DNA of 64,000 nt from the NCBI RefSeq assembly GCF_006345805.1, contig NC_043001.1:117800001-117864000 (forward strand). The letters are read 5' to 3'. The stretch is from Octopus sinensis (lineage: Eukaryota). The translations under genes and the position numbers were made by a program. Below are positions 47,222 to 61,720 of this stretch, in pieces. Under the pieces are notes generated by a model. That model had not been told where the DNA came from and ran no database searches. It saw only the letters and a list, made by a program, of their open reading frames with translations. Position 1 is the first letter of the stretch. Every line of letters starts with the position of its first letter.

Positions 47222-47639
47222 GGCGCAGGAGTGGCTGTGTGGTAAGTAGCTTGCTAACCAAGCACATGGTTCCGGGTTCAGTCCCACTGCGTGACATCTT
47301 GGGCAAGTGTCTTCTGCTATAGCCTCGGGCCGACCAATGCCTTGTGAGTGGATTTGGTAGACGGAAACTGAAAGAAGCCTGTCGTATATATGTATATATA
47401 TATATGTATGTGTGTGTATGTCTGTGCGTATGTGTTTGTCCCCATAGCGTTGCTTGACAACCGATGCTGGTGTGTTTACGTCCCGGAACTTAGCGGTTCG
47501 GCAAAAAGAGACCGATAGAATAAGTACTGGGCTTACAAAGAATAAGTCCCGGGGTCGATTTGCTCGACAAAGGCGGTGCTCCAGCATGGCCGCAGTCAAA
47601 TGACTGAAACAATTAAAAGAGTTAAAAGAGTTAAAGAGA
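47222..47639 (+). mobile_element. SINE family B, full length
   Basis: GGCGCAGGAGTGGCTGTGTGG head, internal TA/TG tract, (TAAAAGAG)n tail. Confidence 0.93.
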
Positions 47640-48351
47640 GTTGCTGATGCTACTAAATCTCTGATTCTTTGTAAAGTATCTAAGTTTTTTGTTAATTTAT
47701 GTTAATTACAAATGTTTGCCAGCTTTTGGTTTACTTTGATTTACATCTTTTATTACTTCGTTGTTTAGTAGCTCAATGATATCATGAGCACGTATGCATC
47801 CGTTCTTCTAAGTTGGTAGGGTATAATTTGACGGGAATTTGGCTGCTATTTCTAGCATGTTGAGTGGCCACATAAAGTCTCTTTTATTGCTAGTGAGTTT
47901 CATTAGTTATTTGATCATAGAACTGCGTAACGCATACTTATTTTACTATAACACTTCCTTCACTTTTGACAAACTGGGATATACTAATATTCTCGATTGG
48001 AGATATTTCTTCATTTCTAGATTTCTCTGACTTCTCTCACTTTGATGACGGTCTACTCAGCTTATGGAATCCTTACCCGATACCATGATCCACATGCTTG
48101 GCTATTCTAGAAACAGCTGTAAGAGAGTCTATATGTTTATATTTCTTGCCTAAATTAGATATTTCTTTCGAGTGATGCCAAATGGCTTGCTTTTTCAATT
48201 TTACAGATATAGGGTGAAAGATAATTAATACAAATATTGTTGTCTGTCGAGACATATTTTTGTTGAAAAAGGAAATAGTAGTCCTTTGGTTGCTATTTCT
48301 AAAATTTTCGGTATCTGGTCAAGCAACTTGTTGCAAAATCCTTATTGTTAT

Positions 48352-48418
<67 letters not shown>

Positions 48419-48520
48419 CGACAAGCTTCAGAAGTACAATGTGTGCGTGTACATACCTTGTACAAAAATCTATATATATATGTATATAATTATGCATTTG
48501 TATACGTTTGTCTCCATATA

Positions 48521-49030
48521 CGAGGGTTATACCGACAGTAACTAAAAGTGAACAGAACTTTTATATTAAGATTCATAGGTCATTAAAATTCCACATGTTG
48601 GTAGAATAACTTCCTCTACAGTAACCATTTCTCCTGTTCTTCTTTACTGCAACCAAGCAATGGGTTCCAGGCAGTTTTCTTGACGAAGGAGGACCGCAGG
48701 CTGATTGACACCAGCAGAAGACTGCAGGCTGTTTACGGAGATGACACCTTCTTCAACTTGAGGAACAACCAAAAGTCACAGGGAACCAAGTCTGAAATGT
48801 AGAGAGGGTGATGGACAGTTTTAATACCCAGTTCTGTCAACTAGTTGGTTACCAGCTTGGAATTGTGTACTGGTGCTTTGTTTTGGTGCAAGTACACCGG
48901 TCTTTGCAACAGAATCTCATCCTGAACTCCCACAAAACCTCCACAAAGTACTCTTTGTAACCGTCTGGCAAGTGGGAACCCACTGAATGTAGATGATGCC
49001 TCTGCTTTCAAAACCGGGATCATTATGAGC
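48521..49030. mobile_element. Scrambled mariner remnants
   Basis: TA-CGAGGG TIR-like start; minus-strand LHQNKAPVH (HDNAP-like). Confidence 0.45.
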
Positions 49031-49971
49031 TTACTGGTTGATTTGATTTGCCTGGTCTCTTATGCTCAGCCCATACAAGTTCATCTATAAGCAAACTGGA
49101 ATATTTCACAAGTTTCTGTTGCGTTTTTGCCCCGTTAAACACATAGATTAACACATGCATAGCGAGCTTCCAAATTGTCTTCACGTCCTGACTACATTCT
49201 GCAAAGTAGTCAACTATGAAAAGTAGTGTTTTGTAGTGTTCAAAGTGCTCTTATAACTGTCTTCTTCAATCTGGAATAAGTCGATATGTCAGCTTATTAG
49301 TTGTATAGTAATGATATATTAAAATTACAATAATCTAGGATAGTTATAACTGTCTCTCCTAAATGAGTCCCAAAACTTCTGGAATGCACCTCGTCACCTA
49401 AGAATATATATGGTATTGTGCCTGATCTAAACAAACTAATATTATCCACTTGAAATGATAAAGATTATAATATACCATTTCTACTCCTTTGTAAAATCTG
49501 GATGATTTTGCTTTTGCAAAATATTTCTTTTGACTAAGCACATTTTAGTGGTGTCGGGGAAGATAAATAGAAAGTTGTGAGTTGAGATGTTCATTCATAA
49601 AAAAATCGTGTCGGGGGTTTAGACACGAAGTGCTTCGAAAGTAATATCGCCATTTTTGTCGTACTTACTCGGCCTTCAAAAAAGAAAAAAAAAGAGAAAA
49701 ACAAAGAAATTTTCGTCTTAATATTTCATATTTGGATTAGCTTTGCAGCTTCGGAAATTTTATTCCATTTCGAGGTCACGATTAGATTAGATCTGATATG
49801 AAATCAGAATAAGAACCTCTCGCCAAGCCTGACCGGAAATTCAGCAGTCATTAACGAATGCAAAAGTGTGATTTATTTATTCACTTATTTATTTGTTTCT
49901 TTCTTTCTTTCTTTATGTGTTTATCAGCATCAGCATCATTTTTTTATTGTTGTTGTTGTTGTTGTTGTTGT

Positions 49972-50103
49972 TAAGGTCGACTGTGCCTTTCATCCTTCCA
50001 GAATCGATAACATATAAATCTGTGAAGTCTTGGAGTCGATGTGCTCGACCAGCCCTCTCCCCTCAAATTTCAGATTTTGTGCCTATCGTAGAAAGAATTA
50101 TTA
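49972..50103 (+). mobile_element. Partial old SINE family A2
   Basis: GGTCGACTGTGCCTTTCATCC...TTGTGCCTA..GTAGAAAG. Confidence 0.7.
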
Positions 50104-50240
50104 GAAGTGGTTAAGAGGTTAACAATGACGAATGCTAATTGTCCCTTCACACGAATGGGAAAAATTAATATTGAAGGAACAGCATTAAGGATTTTGAGAA
50201 ACATAAATAAAAGAGGTCTATGTCTTAAAATATCAAATAA

Positions 50241-50430
50241 GACGCAGGAGTGGCTGTGTGGTAAGTAGCTTGCTAACCAACCACATGGTTCCGGGTTCAG
50301 TCCCACTGCGTGGCATCTTGGGCTAGTGTCTTCTGCTATAGCCCCGGGTCGACCAAAGCCTTGTGAGTGGATTTGGTAGACGGAAACTGAAAGAAGCCTG
50401 TATATATGTATATATATATATATGTGTGTG

Positions 50431-50472
<42 letters not shown>

Positions 50473-50700
50473 TGTGTGTTGTGTGTGTGTGTGTGGTGTG
50501 TGTGTGTGTTTGTCACCCTAGCATTGCTTGACAACCGATGCTGGTGTGTTTACGTCCCCGTCACTTAGCGGTTCGGCAAAAGAGACCGATAGAATAAGTA
50601 CTGAGCTTACAAAGAATAAGTCCCGGGGTCGATTTGCTCGACTAAAGGCGGTGCTCCAGCATGGCCGCAGTCAAATGACTGAAACAAGTAAAAGAGAAAA
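50241..50700 (+). mobile_element. SINE family B with an expanded internal (TG)n
   Basis: Near-identical to 47222 apart from the longer internal microsatellite. Confidence 0.93.
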
Positions 50701-51200
50701 AAAGAGAAAGAGAAGAACCTACTGCCTAGTTAAATAGGGAAAAAAAAGCATTCTGAATATGCTAAAATATTTCATTCAAATGATGTGCGTGTGTGTGGTG
50801 GGGCGTTTCTTCTATGAGAATTTGCAAAAGATAACTTCTTGCTACGAAACTCAGAATCGAAGACAATTTGGAACGGAAAACAGAATTTCTAGACGTAGTA
50901 GCTGAATATCAAATACATATCACAAAATCATCGATTACACCCAAATAAATCGCTAGTCTGTGTTAGCATAATGTAGTGACTCAAACGTTTTAATTACGTC
51001 TGTAATGAGGAGAAAAACTTACACTGGATATTGTCAGCACCAACTTAGCTACTTCCTTTTTATGCCGAAGGCGTCGCTAGATGATTTGTCCCATTCATTC
51101 TTTTCTAATAAATTCATTTTGTAGAAAAGAAAAAAATCCAGTAGAATTATAAACGCTGCTCTAACAGTATATACTCCGATCTCCGATGTTGTTGCTATCG

Positions 51201-51259
<59 letters not shown>

Positions 51260-51266
51260 GGTGGTG

Positions 51267-51418
51267 GGACAAACAAGGATAGGCAAACGGATTAAGTCGA
51301 TTACATCGACCCCAGTGCGTAAATAAAATAAGTACCAGTTGCGTACTGGGGTCAATGTAATCAACTGGCCCCCGCCTCAAAAATTTGGGGACTTCTGCCT
51401 AGAGTAGAAAAGAATATT
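51267..51418. mobile_element. Headless back-to-back fusion of an A1 tail (minus) and an A2 tail (plus)
   Basis: Inverted arms 51296-51322 and 51339-51365. Confidence 0.75.
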
Positions 51419-52102
51419 TTACCACTTATTCTCCTTCGTCTCCTTCTCCTCCTTCTCCAGCTGCTCCTCCTGATCGCCCTCATCATCACCACCTTCGCTT
51501 AGCTTTAATTTTCAACAACACACGAAAATCTTTAATCATTAGTGTGATTATTCGAAGGCGTAGATGTCACACTCTGGAAGATGAGAATAAAAGTTATTTT
51601 TATCAATACTGAAGACTTCAGATGGTATAAACTAATTTTAAAAAGAAAAAGAAAAAAAAACAGAAGCCAAAACGCCACCTTAAATTTGGACAATGTACTC
51701 TTAAATGCACCAAAAAAATGAGAATGATCATTACTGGAGTACCTTTAAGCAATTACAGGTCTGCCTGGTCATAGCTGACTCGAGGACAAACAACACCTTT
51801 AGATAGAAACTTCTTTTCTGAAATTATTGCCGAGACAAAGAAATGCAAAAATTTCTCGTGTTCTGGTTGGAATAAAAATTTAGTTTACCTTTCTACTGGA
51901 GGGGAGACATCTTTTTCTATTCCTAATTTCCTAATCTAAGTTCCGAACCTAAGGAGTTGAGTTTTGAGTTGAATTACTTCTGAAATTCCTTATGGATAAC
52001 ACTGTGGTAGCCAGATGTCGCCATATCATTTGTTTCTTTGTCGAATGCTTTATAATTAGATCTATAGCTTAGTCAATTTAGATACGGAGGTCTCATAATA
52101 TA

Positions 52103-53265
52103 CGAGGGGCGTTCAATAAGTAATGCCTCTGACCCACTTGCAGTTGGTGAAACGGAACCTGCTGAGTGTCGAGCAGTGATGCGGTTTTTGTATTTGAAAG
52201 GACGCACACCACGGGAGACTTTTGATGAAATAAAAGTAACTTATGGTGATGATGCCCCATCATATGACCTTGTAAAACGCTGGCATCGTGAATTCAAACA
52301 TGGTCGGAACTTTGTGGAAACAGCTCCCAGATCTGGTCGCCCCCTTCTGCCATTGATGAGGCATCTGTCCGTCAAGTTGAGGCTGCCATTTTGGAAGATC
52401 GACGCATAACTATTCGCCAAATAGCCCATGAGGGAAACATTAGTCTGTGGAAACTATCATTCATGGCCATTTGCCTATGCAAAAGGTGTCTGCCAGATGG
52501 ATTCCCAGGCTGCTCACACCTTTCCAGAAGCAAGAACGCGTCGATTGCACGAGGATGAATTTGAAGATGTGCCAAGAAGATGAGTCAAAATTTTTCAAAA
52601 GACTGATTACACAGGATGAAACCTGGGTCCATTACTATGATCCAGAGACCAAAGCCCAGTCAATGCAGTGGAAGCACCGTGACTCACCTCCTCCAAAGAA
52701 GGCAAGGGTGCAGCCCTCCGCTGGCAAGGTCATGCTCACAGTCTTCTGGGACCAGGACGGAGTAGTGATGACAGATTTCTTGGCAAAGGGTGCCACAATT
52801 ACAGGAGTCTATTATGTTTCACTTTTGAAATTAAGAGAAGCTATCAAAATCAAGAGGCGGGGCAAGATCAGCAAAGGCATCCTCCTCCTGCAAGACAACG
52901 CTCCGATCCACAACTCGCGTGTCGCCAGATCAGAAGCACAGGCGTGCGGCTATGAACTCATCCCCCATTCTCCCTACTCCTCTGACCTGCACCCTCTGAT
53001 TTTCACCTCTTCCCAGCCATGAAGTTGTTTTTGAAAGGAAAGCGTTTCCCAGATGATGCAGCCTTGATTTCTGAAGTCACGTCGTGGTTGGAGGACCTAG
53101 CTGGGGTCTTCTACAAAAACGGTCTTCACAGCTACATCAAACGATGGGAGAAATGCGTAACTCTGGGTGGTTCCTATGTAGAAAAAGACTAATAACTGTG
53201 CCAAGTTTCGTTGCTCTACTGCTATGGGAAGTGGATCAGGGGCATTACTTATTGAACGCCCCTCG
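52103..53265 (+). mobile_element. Defective mariner (DD34D), copy 2 of the 7050-8321 family
   Basis: Same TIRs and TA flanks. Deletion in the 5' UTR, a small deletion near 52443, and frameshifts shared with copy 1. Confidence 0.97.
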
Positions 53266-54563
53266 TACCGAATAAGTTCACTTTTTTAATGCACAAAAAA
53301 CTCTTTTTCCTAAATATATGCTGCTAAAATTGGGTGCGTCTAATATGCCCATGCGCATTTTATATCATCAAATTTGTTGGGCTTTTCTCCCAGAACCTTT
53401 CCAACGACAAGTTGTTACATCTTTGCAAAATCTTAACTTCATACTTTTGTCTTATCTTATCCATTAAAGATTGGAGCAAACCGGTGTGTTGTCGATTGGT
53501 TTTTATTAAATAGCTGCCAGATCTCATTCACATTACGCTCTACATTCTTAAAAAGTGGGTTACACATTAAACAGCGTAAACCAAGAAATAGTGTCTGAAA
53601 ATACAGTGCGTCGAACAAAAATACGTTAATGCGTTTTGTTCCGTTCGGCTACATTTCTTTTATTCAAAGAAGGGAAGATAACCGTAAGAAACAAGGATTC
53701 TCGTTTTCGCTTCCTTTGTTCAGAGTATCCAGGCCATAAATATGTTCCTCTCTTTTTCTCTATGTATGTATCACGTTCGGTAAGAGACAAAGTAGGATGA
53801 ACACTGTGCTGAGGACGTCTATTGAGGAAGAAACATGTGACACAGCTCACCTCTTCTCTGCAAACAATCAGACATTCTTTCTTTTAATATCATAAATTTT
53901 GAAGAATTCTTGATTCTTGAGATTATTTCCCCCTCTAATTTGATTGCCATCAAGCGATTGTTCTTCCTTCTCCTGGCAGCGAAGACAATTTCAGTGAATC
54001 ATGAACTTTTTTCGTCTATAGTATTTTATATGTCTTAGTGGTTCAAATATATTTCTCGTGTATGCATGTATGTATGTATATATGTATGCATGTATGTATG
54101 TATGGATGGATGGATGCATGCATGTATATGTATGAGCGAATGCGCCGAATGTGTATGTGTGTTTGTGAGTGAATTAGTGAGTGAGTAAGTGAGTGTGTGA
54201 GTGGGATTTGCTATGACAGTATGAATATATATCTTCGTGTAGAGATTTCCCAATTTTGTGGGATAGTATAGATGCATACACCTATAGTATAGATGCATAT
54301 TGATGGTATATAATATAGGTCCATATTGATGGTAGAATCTTAAGTTCATAAGTTTATGTCAGCCATCGCGGCCAATACCACACTGAAACACATAGAAACG
54401 TGCACGCGCACATTCACACGCACACAAACACAAACAAGTACGCCCACACACACACATATCCTTAAAGAAATAAAACAGGGTAATCTCCAAACTTTGGGAA
54501 AGTTTTCAATTAGTGCGTATTTTGTGCGAAAGGGCTTTCGTTGAAAAGTTAATCGAAAGCGTT

Positions 54564-54644
54564 TACACACGAAATACACACAAAATACACCCAAAATACA
54601 CACAAAATACACACAAAATACACACAAAATACACACAAAATACA
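54564..54644. repeat. 11-bp minisatellite (AAAATACACAC)n, about 7 copies
   Basis: Direct reading. Confidence 0.9.
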
Positions 54645-54782
54645 GACTATGCAAAATCTTCCGCCAAGATCGGTGACATTCTGTTCTCTAAATAATTGTT
54701 TGAATAAGTTTCAAAACAAAAATCTTTCTTTAAATATTGTGACTATATCAAGTATTTTTTTTACAAAACTTTTAAATCCAGA

Positions 54783-55525
54783 CATGCATACATACATACA
54801 TGCATACATACATACATGCATACATGCATACATGCATACATACATACATGCATACATGCATACATACATGCTTACATACATACATACACAGACACATACA
54901 TACATACATACATGCATACATACATACATGCATACATGCATACATGAATACATGCATACATACATACATGCATACATGCATACATACACACACACATACA
55001 TACATACATACATACACATACATACATACATGCATACATGCATGCATGCATACATACATGCATACATGCATACATACATATACACATGCATACATGCATA
55101 CATACATACATACATACATACATGCATACATACATACATACATACACACACGCATACATGCATACATACATGCATACATGCATACATATATACATACATA
55201 CATGCATACATGCATACATACATACACATACATACATGCATACATGCATACATGCATACATACATGCATACATATATACATACATACATGCATACATGCA
55301 TACATGCATGCATACATACATAATACATGCATACATGCATACACGCATACATACATGCATACATATATACATGCATACATGCATACATACATACATGCGT
55401 ACATACATACATACATGCATGCATGCATGCATGCTTACATACATACATACATACATACATACATGCATACATTCATACATACATACACACATACATACAT
55501 ACATACATACATATACACATACATA
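54783..55525. repeat. ~740-bp (CATA/CATG)n array
   Basis: Direct reading; explains the HTYI/MYVC ORFs. Confidence 0.97.
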
Positions 55526-55699
55526 TGAAAGTTGTTTTAATTTTATACTCAGGGAGTTTCTTTGAATATATTTCTACTCGTCTGAGGCCCCTTGTGTGCA
55601 TGTGTTTTTCTAAATTCCTCGGTGCGTACAGTTATATGTACGTTTATATGCACATATTTATGTATATATGCATCTGTTTAAGCATGTCCTTATATATGT

Positions 55700-56594
55700 A
55701 TTTATGCATGAATGCATTTATGTATATATGTATGTATATATGTATATATATATGTATGTATGTATGTATGTTTGTATGTATGCATGTATGTATGTATGTA
55801 TGTATGTATGCATGTATGTATGTAGTAGGTATGTATGTATGTATGTATGTAGTAGGTATGTATGTATGTATGTATGTATGTATGTATGTATGTATGTATG
55901 TATGTATGTAGTAGGTATGTATGTAAGCATACATTTATATCTCTCTATATGTGTGTGTATGCATTTATATATGAATGTTTGTATTTATGTATTTATGCAT
56001 GTATGCATATAAATGTGTACATATGACAATGTATATACGTATACATCAGCTGATATATGTGTACACTTGTATGCATATCTCTGTATGTATGTACGTACGT
56101 ATGTATGTATGTATGTATGTATGTATGTACGTACGTACGTATGTATGTATGTATGTATGTATGTATGTATGTATGTATGAATGTATGCATGTATGTATGT
56201 ATGTATGTATGTATGTATGTATGTATGTATGTATGCATGTACTGTATGTATGTATGTGTGTATGTATGTATGTATGTATGTATGTACGTACGTATGTATG
56301 TATGTATGTATGTATGTATGTACTGTATGTATGTATGTATGAATGAATGTATGTATGTATGTATGTACGTATGTATGTATGTATGTATGTATGTATGCAT
56401 GTACTGTATGTATGTATGTGTGTATGTATGTATGTATGCATGTACTGTTTGTATGTTTGTGTGTATGTATGTATGTATGTATGTATGTATGCATGTATGT
56501 ATGTATGTATGTATGTATGTGTGTATGTATGTATGTATGTATGTATGTATGTATGTATGTATGTATGTATGTATGTATGATGTATGTATGTATG

Positions 56595-56628
<34 letters not shown>

Positions 56629-56735
56629 TGCATGTATGTATGTATGTATGCATGTATGTATGTACATACGTATGTATGAATGTATGTATGTATGTACATA
56701 CGTATGTATGTATGTATGCATGTACTGTATGTGCA
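55700..56735. repeat. ~1-kb (TATG)n array with recurring variant blocks
   Basis: Direct reading; opposite orientation to 54783-55525. Confidence 0.97.
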
Positions 56736-57489
56736 TTTGAAGATTCTTATCTAGGTACTGCTCCCTGATTACCTTATTAATCCTACCACTTCTGTAGCAC
56801 CTCCACCGTTACCACCACCGCACCTTCACCACTACAACAGCACCACCATCAGCAGCAGCAGCAGCAGCATTATCGTTATCGTTGTCATCGTTGTCGTTGC
56901 TGTTATCCTTGTCATCGTAGCTAAATAGCCGGTCGTGGAAGAGGGTCGGCTTTCCAAGAGAATACAAGCTAAATGTGAAAGTGAAACTGAAGTTGCTTGT
57001 TATAAAATAAGTGGCAGCTATGAATGGTCGGAACATTTGCAGTGTATCTGAGAGAGAGAGAGAGAGAGAGAGAAATTGGGGGTAGGAACATAGAAAGAGA
57101 AAAATTGGGGGGTAGGAACATAGAGAGAGAAAGTGAAACAGCAACAACAATTGTAATTATAATAATGAAAAAGGAAAAATATAAATTACTAGTTCTAGTC
57201 AAGATGACTTGTCACCAGGAGATGAGAACGATTTAGAAAACCGGGATCGATCACCAAATCTCCTCTCTATCTTCTTTCACTCACTCCCTCTCACCCTCTC
57301 TTTCCCCTCTTTCTATCTGTCTGTTTGTCTCTCTCCCTCTCTCCCTCTCTCTCTCTCTCAATACTCTCTACCTCTGTCCGTCTGTCTCAGTCTGTCTGTC
57401 TGTTTCTCGCTCGCCAAAACACACGTTCTATGAATGTATCTTACTTTTTCATAGTCTCTCTTATTCTGTTATTTCTTCTATATGCTCTT

Positions 57490-57522
<33 letters not shown>

Positions 57523-58829
57523 TTCGCTCTTTCTCTCCCTCTCTCTTCTCCCTCTCTCTTTCTCCCTCCCTCTCTCTCTCTTTCGTTCTCTCTTATATGT
57601 CAGTCAAGAAAATTACCTCTATTTTCATTGGACAGTAAAACAATAGAAAAGGCGGGGTTTTAATCTTCCCAGATTGAGGACAAATCCATTTTATATTATT
57701 TTTCTTTTCTTTTTTCTTATTTTTCCTTCAGATTTTCTCTTGTCACCCCCACCCCCACACACACTTCTTGTCTCCCTTCCAATAATGCTTTTATTTTTTG
57801 CCCTTTTTCCTTCCTTGGGGTAAAAGAAATGCAAGACAGAAAGACCTATTACAATTTTTCCTTCCTACTTTACAATTTTTACTTTTTTGTCTTTTCATTT
57901 CTTTTTTTTTATTTTGTTAATCTAGTTTCGTTTAATATTTCATGTTTTTTTAACATCTTTGTTTTTTTTATATATTTACCTTAAAATTATTTATATATAT
58001 TTTCCAAATTTTTTATACACATTTTTTGTAGTTATTATTTTTTTTTATTTCAACTATTTCTTTATTTCTCTCATTTTTATGAGAAAATTTCAATATTTTC
58101 GATTGCTTTTATCAGTTACAATCTTAATTTAAATCTCCAGCTTCTTCTGTTTATACGTAAAAGTCAATCCTCTTTCACTGTCTTTCTCTCTCACTCTTTC
58201 TATCTCTCCCTGCATCTCTCTCTTTTTTTTTCATTGTACCTCTCTCTTCCTTCCATTCTTTTTACTTCTTCCTCTTCGGCCTCTCACCATCTGACCACAG
58301 TGCTAGTGACGACGGCTGACAACGATCCGGACTCTCCATTACCACTGGCCCCCATACACGTATATCCTAACACCACCACTACCACCGCCATCACAACACT
58401 GCCATGACAAACACTACATCAGCAACACCAATACCAATACCACCACCGACATCACTGTTTACTAATTCTAATTCTGATATCAGACAAATCCATCTGTGGA
58501 GAAAAATCAAATCAAATGTATATAACGATTCCATTAAATACATATACACATAAATTTGTGTACACACATAAAAACACACTGTGTTACACACGCACAAACA
58601 CACACCATGTATTTGTGTGTGTGTATATGTGTGTGTGTGTATGTGTGTGCGCGCGCGCGCACATACATGGCTGCGTTTGTGTAAACCAAAATATAAGGAA
58701 CTTCGATAAATAAACTTTTCCAACATGAAGATTCAATAGACACTTATTCCTTCAACCTTACCAGCTTCCTCCTTTTCCACTTCTCCTCTGCCTTTCCTTC
58801 TACTACTACTACTACTACTACTACTACTA

Positions 58830-58865
<36 letters not shown>

Positions 58866-59141
58866 TACTACTACTACTATTTTCTCTTGTGGTTCTTCAA
58901 CTTGTTTTCTTTCTTTTTCCATTCTCGTTTTCTTTTTGAAGTACAATGACATACATTAGGAATGAAAAGAAAGTACAGAGCCGCCTCTGGCGGATTAATA
59001 ATGAAGTACACCACTTTATGATGGCTAAAAAGTGAAACATTAATCAGACAAGAAAAAAAAAACTTCTCTCTGTTACAGAGAGAAGAAAATAATCGAAGTT
59101 TTGGGACTAAAAAACTAGAAAGTAATAACATGTTTGAAGCA

Positions 59142-59190
<49 letters not shown>

Positions 59191-59478
59191 TTCAATCACT
59201 TGCGTAAATATGAACACACATGCACATATGTTTGTGTGCATCGGTGCGTGTTAGCTTGTATGTGTGTGTGTATATCAAAGTGTATAAGCATTATACATGA
59301 AACCTTGCGCATACATATATATATATATATATATACATATAAACATCCACACAAGCAGACGAAGGTGACTGTAATTTCGAACTTTCACCGAGTCTGGCTT
59401 TGAAAAGCCGTATTTGACAAAACTTTGAAGTGACAATCACTTTAAAAGAAAAATTAACTCTGCTTCACATATTGATTT

Positions 59479-59524
<46 letters not shown>

Positions 59525-60235
59525 ACATTGCATTTCTATGTATGCTTGTAAGGTGCTTGTTTTTTTTTGGGGGGGGGGGTTAAAATTAATATCGACTCTG
59601 TAGATGTATATTTATGGCGATGCAAATGGTTCTGCGCATATATTTTGGGAAAATGAAAAAAGAAGAAAAAAACTTTTCAGTTCTTTTCTAATGAACTGTT
59701 CTACTTTCCAAGAGCAGAGTGGAAGTGGGATTAGCATTCTATCGTCTGGATTTCTCCAAAGAAGGGAAAATTGTCTGAGACACAAGTGTCCGCATAAGGA
59801 CAATGCACTATCTCCCTATTCCATTATCCCACAGCCAAACAACCACTGCGACAAAAGCGATGATGTCATAACACTTGTCTCAAAGAACTAACTTGCCTTA
59901 CAACAACAAAACTTGCAAGTTTCGCCAAATAACTCTTCCTTCCTCTCTTCTACATTTTCTCATCTAACCTCCCGTAGATGACAATACCACCACTGCCACC
60001 TATAATGACAACAAAAACGACATCTACTACTACAACAAACGTTTCTGCGTGGTCGCTCGACCTGCAATTGCAGCAGTCAAATACACCTCAAATCATACCA
60101 TTCTCTTTAATATAAGGAAAAGTCGACATTAGATATTATAGTGGTATATAACCCCTAAAAAGAGAGAGAGGAAGGTCACAACTGAAAAACCTTTGATGTA
60201 AATCAACACCATCAAGGCAGACCTACAGCTCCTGA

Positions 60236-60365
60236 ATAATAATAATAATAATAATGAAGAAGAAGAAGAAGAAGAAGAAGAAGAAGAAGAAGAAGAAGAA
60301 GAAGAAGAAGAAGAAGAAGAAGAAGAAGAAGAAGAAGAAGAAGAAGAAGAAGAAGAAGAAGAAGA
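60236..60365. repeat. (AAT)n-(GAA)n microsatellite
   Basis: Direct reading; explains the poly-K ORF. Confidence 0.97.
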
Positions 60366-60469
60366 ATCCTTTCTACTATAGGCACAAGGGCCTGACATTT
60401 TGGGAGAGGGGGTCCCAGTGCTCAACTGGTACTTAATTTATCGACCCTGAAAGAATGAAAGGAAAAGTC
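60366..60469 (-). mobile_element. Partial SINE family A2
   Basis: TTCTACTATAGGCACAAGG...TATCGACCCTGAAAGAATGAAAGG. Confidence 0.75.
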
Positions 60470-60486
60470 ATATAATAATAATAATA

Positions 60487-60551
<65 letters not shown>

Positions 60552-60705
60552 GACAACAACAACAACAGTAACAACAACCTTAGCTGTAGTATTCGTTCTG
60601 CAGGTTTCAGAACGTATGAGAATACAGTTTTTGTACCGCGACCCCACCCACAATTCACCACACTACTACTACTACTACTATACTACCACTACTACTACTA
60701 CCACC

Positions 60706-60739
<34 letters not shown>

Positions 60740-60983
60740 TTTGCTGCTGCTGCTGCTGCTACTGCTACTGCTGCTGCTGTTGCTGTTGACATTTTCAAGT
60801 TCTATAGTTTTGGTATAGTTTTTCAGAGCTTTAATGAAAATATCCATGAATTCTTCAGACTTTTGCTGCTGCTGCTGCTTTCGTTGTTGTTGGTTTTACA
60901 ATTCTGCCAGGGAAAAACTTTCCATTAATTCATTAATAATAAACCAAGATATATTTTGTGTGCGTGTGTGTATGTGTGTGTTA

Positions 60984-61016
<33 letters not shown>

Positions 61017-61065
61017 GTGTTATTGTATATCTATAAAGTATACAATGTATATAAATACATATGTG

Positions 61066-61112
<47 letters not shown>

Positions 61113-61258
61113 TTATTCGACAACAGTTTGGTTCGGCTCCATGTAACTTTAAAGTCTCATAGGCTCGTCAAAAGATCCTCTCTCGTCAGACTCGTAGAAT
61201 ATATGCAACTCCAGCCGAGTGTCTCAAGTGCCACTTTCTTTCGCCTGTCGACTTACTT

Positions 61259-61308
<50 letters not shown>

Positions 61309-61504
61309 TATATATAGAGAGAGAGAGAGAGAGAGGGGGTGTAGATAGCGAGAAAGAGAAGGAGAGTTGGAGTATTTATAAAAGTGCATATATATCATAG
61401 AAGCACATTCAGGTATGAATGTATATAAATAAGCAACTACAATGAAATATTTGAAATATTGGCACAAATAATTTAAAAGTAATCAATATTGCTTTTCTTC
61501 CTCC

Positions 61505-61569
61505 TCCTCCTCTTATTATTATCATTATTATTATTATTATTATTATCATTATTATTATTATTATCATGA

Positions 61570-61606
<37 letters not shown>

Positions 61607-61636
61607 CATCATTCTTATTATCATCATCATCATCAT

Positions 61637-61697
<61 letters not shown>

Positions 61698-61720
61698 TAT
61701 TATTATTATTATTATTACTT
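61505..61720. repeat. (ATT)n/(ATC)n compound microsatellite
   Basis: Direct reading. Confidence 0.95.

Noticed and set aside
54649-56768. Long ORFs (210-253 aa) of HTYI/MYVC repeats
   Set aside because: They are translations of tetranucleotide microsatellites, open in most frames on both strands. The same applies to similar ORFs at 19-20 kb, 29-31 kb, 36-38 kb and 62-63 kb.
56790-58520. Exon-like low-complexity segments after AG sites (56800-56990, 58295-58420)
   Set aside because: They are dominated by trinucleotide runs typical of this genome's non-coding DNA, with no donor or homology support.
59604-59891. 95-aa ORF as a terminal exon
   Set aside because: A plausible acceptor exists near 59710, but there is no recognisable domain, and an ORF of this length can occur by chance.
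60129-60436. Poly-Lys/poly-Ser ORFs
   Set aside because: (GAA)n microsatellite running into a SINE tail.
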